Of a stretch of 64,000 nt of DNA, positions 60,118-64,000 are shown one piece after another (positions within the stretch are counted from its first letter, which is position 1; the number at the start of each line of letters is the position of its first letter). This DNA comes from Desulfatiglandales bacterium (GTDB taxonomy: Bacteria > Desulfobacterota > DSM-4660 > Desulfatiglandales > Desulfatiglandaceae): assembly GCA_963666345.1 (NCBI GenBank), contig OY762721.1:1568001-1632000 (forward strand). The letters run 5' to 3'. The notes under the pieces were generated by a model that was not told the origin of the DNA, did not search any database, and saw only the letters and a list, made by a program, of their open reading frames with translations. The position numbers and the translations under genes are program-made.

Positions 60118-63062
60118 TTATCATTACGTGTTCCGTCTTCCGCGCTCCGCGTTCCCAAAACCTCACGCACCTTGCGGGCCAAACCTTCCGGTGAAAACGG
60201 CTTTTCGAGAAAATTAAGTCCCGGGGCCATAACACCGTGATGAACAATAGCGTCGTCCGTATATCCGGACATGAAAAGCACCTTCATCTCCGGTTGCAGC
60301 TTTTCCAGACTCTTTGCCAGTTCTCTCCCGTTCATCCCGGGCATGACCATGTCGGTCAGCATCAGGTGAACCGGCCCCTTGTGTTCCCCGAACACACCGA
60401 GGGCCTCCCGGCCGTCCCCGGCGCACAGGACCTTATACCCTTGCTGCTTCAAAGCCTTGAGGGCCAGGTTCCTGACCATGTCGTCGTCTTCAACTACCAG
60501 GACGGTTTCCGAACCCCTCAGGGATTCTCCCTTTTCCTCATCTTTTTCCCTGATACCGACCGTCCCTTCCACCCTGGGGAAATAAATCTTGAAGGTGCTC
60601 CCTTTGCCAGGCTCACTGTAGACCCAGATGTTGCCTTTACTCTGCTTGACAATCCCGTACACGGTGGAAAGCCCGAGGCCGGTCCCCTTGCCCTTCTCCT
60701 TGGTGGTGAAAAAGGGCTCAAAGAACCGCTCCTGTACTTCCTTCGTCATTCCGGTGCCCGTGTCGCTCACTGCTAACATCACATAAGGGCCCGGTATCAC
60801 GGCAATGTGTTCCCGGGCATAACCTTCATCCAGTTCCACGTTGCGTGTCTCAAAAGTCAGAGTTCCTCCCCCGGGCATGGCATCCCGGGCATTGACCGCC
60901 AGGTTCATGAGGATCTGCTCCATCTGCCCGACATCCGCCTCTACCAGGCCAAGATCAGGGCTCAAGAGCGTTTCCACTTCGATATCCTCCCGGATGACAC
61001 GCCGCAGCATCCTGTCCATATTACCCAGTACCTGATTGAGGTCCAACACTTCGAGCTGAAGGACCTGCTTCCGGCTGAAGGCCAGGAGCTGCCTGGTGAG
61101 CACTGCCGCCCTTTTTCCGGCCTCCTTGATCTCTTTCAGGAACTCATAGATAGGCGAATCCTTCACAGCATCTGCAATCGCCAGTTCGACATTTCCGATG
61201 ATGGTGGTCAAGAGGTTGTTGAAGTCATGCGCAATCCCCCCTGTCAGAGTGCCTATGGCCTCCAGCTTCAGTGATTGGACCAGTTGCTTCTGTAATTTTT
61301 CATGCTCGTCTTCAGCCCGCTTCAACTCGGTGATGTCTTCAACGATACCCTTGTAATGCGTAATACGTCCGTCATGATCTCGAACGATACAAGTCCAGTC
61401 ACTGACTGTCTTCTCCGAACCGTCCTTTGTTAGGATGCGATACGGTTCGTGGGCAAACCCGGTCGTTTCTTCCTTGCTGCCGCCTTCAGCAAAGTCTTTG
61501 GCCACTCGTTTGAGATCTTCGTGATGAACGCAATCAACATAATTCACTTCTCCCGTCATGAATTCTTCCGCCGTATATCCAAAGAGTTTCTCAACATTTT
61601 CAGAAACAAACTCCACCGGCCATCCTTCCCGGTTCTTCCAGGTGAAGGCCACTGATGAACTCCTGTTGATGATGTCATACGCTTCCTTTAATGCCTTCTC
61701 CGCTTCCATGCGCTCTACGGCCTGCCCCAACATGTGTGCAATGCCCCTTATGAGTTCCTGCTCCTCCTTGATAAACGGCCCTTGGTCCGCCGCCGGTCGC
61801 TCCTCCATATAGAAGACCTCGACAGTGCCGCGAGTTTGCCCTCGAACGACCATATCGGCAGCCAGGCGCCATCGGTTTTCACGGAAAGGTTCCGAGGTAA
61901 CCGTGCAGTCACCCAGGCGCAGCCGGGCGCAAGCAATATCGGAACATTTCCAGCCTGATGGGATGAGGTTCACGATCAGACGCAGCGCGTCATCGACCGT
62001 CTTATTAGGTTCGGCTAAAACTTTTGAAATAGCATACAAACAGGTCTGTTCCTGGACGCGCTCCCGGACGAGATCCTCGAGTTTATCACGATGTCTTGCC
62101 AACTCCTCTTCGGCCCGCTTGCGCTCCGTAATGTCACGAATTATTCCTACCGTTCCAAGGAACACTGTCTTGTTGCCGTCAGGAGTGCCGGCGTAAATGC
62201 CCGAGCTGTTAATCTCGACAGTGATAACGTCCGGCCCTCCGCTGTGGAGCTCGGCCGGGACGGTCCAGTCTCCTCTCCGCGGCACAAGGCGCACCTCTAA
62301 TCCCATGGTCTTTCTCTTCCCGGTTCGTCTCTCGTCAAACACCCTGGGAGCACCTTTGGTGCCCGTGCTCTTATTCTTGTACTTAGGCAGAACGGATTCG
62401 CGGCTTACGTTCTCCACATCCTCGGGAACCATGATTTTGGAGAAGTGGGACCCTAAGAGTTCTACAGTGGCGTAACCCAGCGCTTTGACGGCGTCGTTCA
62501 GGTACGTGAATCGACCGTCCGTGTCGAGCCGGTAGACAATATCAGGGATGGTCGTGACCAGGCTTCTGTACCGCTCCTCAGAGGCGGTCAGGGCCACGAT
62601 CTTTTCGGCCAGCTCCGCGTGAGCCCGGTCCAGATCCAGGAAGACCCGTACCTTTGAAAGGAGAACGTTGGCATTGAACGGCTTGACGATGTAGTCCACT
62701 GCGCCGGCTTCGTACCCCTTGAAGACGAGCTCCTCGCCGGAGGAGAAGGCCGTGAGGAAGATAATCGGGAGGCGCCGGGTCTTGGCATCGCCCCTGAGGT
62801 GCCCGGCCAGTTCGTAGCCGTCCATCCCCGGCATCATGACGTCCAGGATCGCCACCGCGAAACCGTCATCAAGGGTTGCCGCCAGGGCTTCGTTGCCGCT
62901 GGTCGCCTCAATGATCTCAACATCCAGGTCGGCCAGGACCTTGCGCAGGGCGAGCAGATTCTCCTTCTTATCATCCACAATAAGTATCTTCTGCCTTCCG
63001 AGCGCGGAACCATTCGAACTCAAAGAGCTGTCCGGCTTCTGCTTCTTATCTTTTTCTGTCAT
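60114..63062 (-). CDS. REC-PAS-GAF-PAS hybrid histidine kinase
   Basis: N-terminal REC (LDVMMP), PAS, GIAHDFNN, GKGTGLGLS, C-terminal REC. Confidence 0.93.
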   Translation of the reverse strand: MTEKDKKQKPDSSLSSNGSALGRQKILIVDDKKENLLALRKVLADLDVEIIEATSGNEALAATLDDGFAVAILDVMMPGMDGYELAGHLRGDAKTRRLPIIFLTAFSSGEELVFKGYEAGAVDYIVKPFNANVLLSKVRVFLDLDRAHAELAEKIVALTASEERYRSLVTTIPDIVYRLDTDGRFTYLNDAVKALGYATVELLGSHFSKIMVPEDVENVSRESVLPKYKNKSTGTKGAPRVFDERRTGKRKTMGLEVRLVPRRGDWTVPAELHSGGPDVITVEINSSGIYAGTPDGNKTVFLGTVGIIRDITERKRAEEELARHRDKLEDLVRERVQEQTCLYAISKVLAEPNKTVDDALRLIVNLIPSGWKCSDIACARLRLGDCTVTSEPFRENRWRLAADMVVRGQTRGTVEVFYMEERPAADQGPFIKEEQELIRGIAHMLGQAVERMEAEKALKEAYDIINRSSSVAFTWKNREGWPVEFVSENVEKLFGYTAEEFMTGEVNYVDCVHHEDLKRVAKDFAEGGSKEETTGFAHEPYRILTKDGSEKTVSDWTCIVRDHDGRITHYKGIVEDITELKRAEDEHEKLQKQLVQSLKLEAIGTLTGGIAHDFNNLLTTIIGNVELAIADAVKDSPIYEFLKEIKEAGKRAAVLTRQLLAFSRKQVLQLEVLDLNQVLGNMDRMLRRVIREDIEVETLLSPDLGLVEADVGQMEQILMNLAVNARDAMPGGGTLTFETRNVELDEGYAREHIAVIPGPYVMLAVSDTGTGMTKEVQERFFEPFFTTKEKGKGTGLGLSTVYGIVKQSKGNIWVYSEPGKGSTFKIYFPRVEGTVGIREKDEEKGESLRGSETVLVVEDDDMVRNLALKALKQQGYKVLCAGDGREALGVFGEHKGPVHLMLTDMVMPGMNGRELAKSLEKLQPEMKVLFMSGYTDDAIVHHGVMAPGLNFLEKPFSPEGLARKVREVLGTRSAEDGTRNDK
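60124..60158. repeat. Heptamer array upstream of the four-helix-bundle gene, encoding the kinase C-terminus
   Basis: TTACGTG TTCCGTC TTCCGCG CTCCGCG TTCCCAA. Confidence 0.8.
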
Positions 63063-63080
63063 GTTCAGATCTCCTGTCTT

Positions 63081-63175
63081 TGAACTCAGAACTCGGAGCG
63101 CAGAACTCCTCTTGTCAGTCTTCCGCGTTCCGACTTCCGCTTTCTGCTTTCCGAATTCCGAGTTCCGAGTTCGAC
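63081..63175. repeat. Pair of mutually inverted heptamer arrays at the cheB 3' end
   Basis: TGAACTC AGAACTC GGAGCGC AGAACTC (63081-63108) and seven TTCYGNN units (63121-63169). Confidence 0.88.
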
Positions 63176-63772
63176 AAGCCGCTGCCCAATCTGCTCTAAC
63201 CCCAACACCTCGTCCACCACTCCCGCGTCGATTGCCGCCTGGGGCATAACCGGGTTTTGGGCGCTTGCCGGGTCCTGGGCGATGGTCATGCCCCCTGCCT
63301 TCTTGACCTCGCCCATGCCCTTGGCGCCGTCGGCGTTCGCCCCTGAAAGGAGAATTGCGATTACCCCTTCTCCCCAGGCCCCGGCACCGCTCTCGAAAAG
63401 AACATCAATAGACGGCCTCGACCAGTTGACCCGCTCGTCAATGGAAAGGGCAATGGTGGAACCGTCCCGTTCCACGAGCATGTGGTAGTTGGCGGGTGCG
63501 GCGTACAAGCGCCCTCGCTCGATTGGTTCCTTGTCGCAGGGCTCGATTACCGGAAGCCGTGTAGCGCGCGCCAGGTGCCGGGCAAACGATCCGTCGTCGC
63601 ACGGGTGCAGGTGCTGGACAACGAGGACCGGCAGCAGGAAATCCCCGGGAAGCTCCGACAGGATCGCCGTAAGCGCTTCGAACCCGCCGGCGGACCCGCC
63701 GATAACGATAGCGCGGAACTCGGAACGCGGAACGCAGAACTCGGAATGCGGAGTGTCAGAATCAGAGGTCAT
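63086..63772 (-). CDS. cheB: Stand-alone CheB methylesterase (no receiver domain)
   Basis: GGSAGG, VQHL, SRPSIDVLFES, SGANADG. Confidence 0.9.
   Translation of the reverse strand: MTSDSDTPHSEFCVPRSEFRAIVIGGSAGGFEALTAILSELPGDFLLPVLVVQHLHPCDDGSFARHLARATRLPVIEPCDKEPIERGRLYAAPANYHMLVERDGSTIALSIDERVNWSRPSIDVLFESGAGAWGEGVIAILLSGANADGAKGMGEVKKAGGMTIAQDPASAQNPVMPQAAIDAGVVDEVLGLEQIGQRLVELGTRNSESRKRKSERGRLTRGVLRSEF
63713..63754. repeat. Heptamer array downstream of the second four-helix-bundle gene, encoding the CheB N-terminus
   Basis: GCGGAAC TCGGAAC GCGGAAC GCAGAAC TCGGAAT GCGGAGT. Confidence 0.88.
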
Positions 63773-64000
63773 TTGCGTTTCCTCGCGGTCTTAATGGAAG
63801 CAACGACCATGGAAAGGATTTCGTCTGCCTCACGATAGAGGTCTGACACAAGCTCTTCTTTCATCAACCCAGCCTCGACAATCAACTCCATCCAATACAT
63901 GGACTCGTCGGCTTCCTCTTCAACGGTGCCCATCTTGCTGATGAAATCAGCCGTTGATTTAGCCCGTTTGGCCGCCCGATAGTTTGCGCCAACGCTTGTT
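63769..64000 (-). CDS. Second four helix bundle protein, 5' end outside the window
   Basis: Reads TSVGANYRAAKRAKSTADFISKMGTVEEEADESMYWMEL...RKRK*; close paralogue of 59719-60117; ATGA overlap with cheB. Confidence 0.9.
   Translation of the reverse strand, partial: TSVGANYRAAKRAKSTADFISKMGTVEEEADESMYWMELIVEAGLMKEELVSDLYREADEILSMVVASIKTARKRK

Noticed and set aside
59719..64000. Diversity-generating retroelement, since four-helix-bundle proteins resemble Avd
   Set aside because: No reverse transcriptase and no TR/VR pair with adenine-specific mismatches in the window.

Overview
64 kb of bacterial chromosome whose gene content and style suggest an anaerobic Desulfobacterota (deltaproteobacterial) genome; this is an inference and no search was run. 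1-12.3 kb: mixed genes, including a BCP/PrxQ peroxiredoxin with an in-frame UGA (selenocysteine) at the catalytic position that the ORF track misses, a secreted monoheme cytochrome c paired with a ferric-reductase/NOX-like flavocytochrome, and a P-type ATPase with non-canonical ion-binding motifs. 12.4-23.7 kb: a probable organosulfur utilisation cluster (MFS, TRAP, cytoplasmic arylsulfotransferase, IclR, AprA/AsfA-like flavoprotein, a split ferredoxin wrapped around a GltD/NfnB-like module, GntR). 23.9-29 kb: a decayed zone with two inverted IS481 right ends bracketing AT-rich cargo, gene fragments and a pseudogenised copy of cheW-cheR. 29-64 kb: a dense minus-strand signal-transduction island with six hybrid histidine kinases (three with mosaic near-identical cores), a CheB-CheR fusion, HD-GYP and GGDEF proteins, a complete Wsp-like chemosensory operon, a tyrosine-integrase pseudogene, a toxin-antitoxin pair whose toxin carries a CxxC-x10-CxxC insert, and two four-helix-bundle (TIGR02436-like) genes. 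Oriented heptanucleotide arrays bracket the complete four-helix gene, follow the truncated one, and also occur as 'empty' pairs and inside neighbouring proteins. No rRNA, tRNA or CRISPR array was seen.
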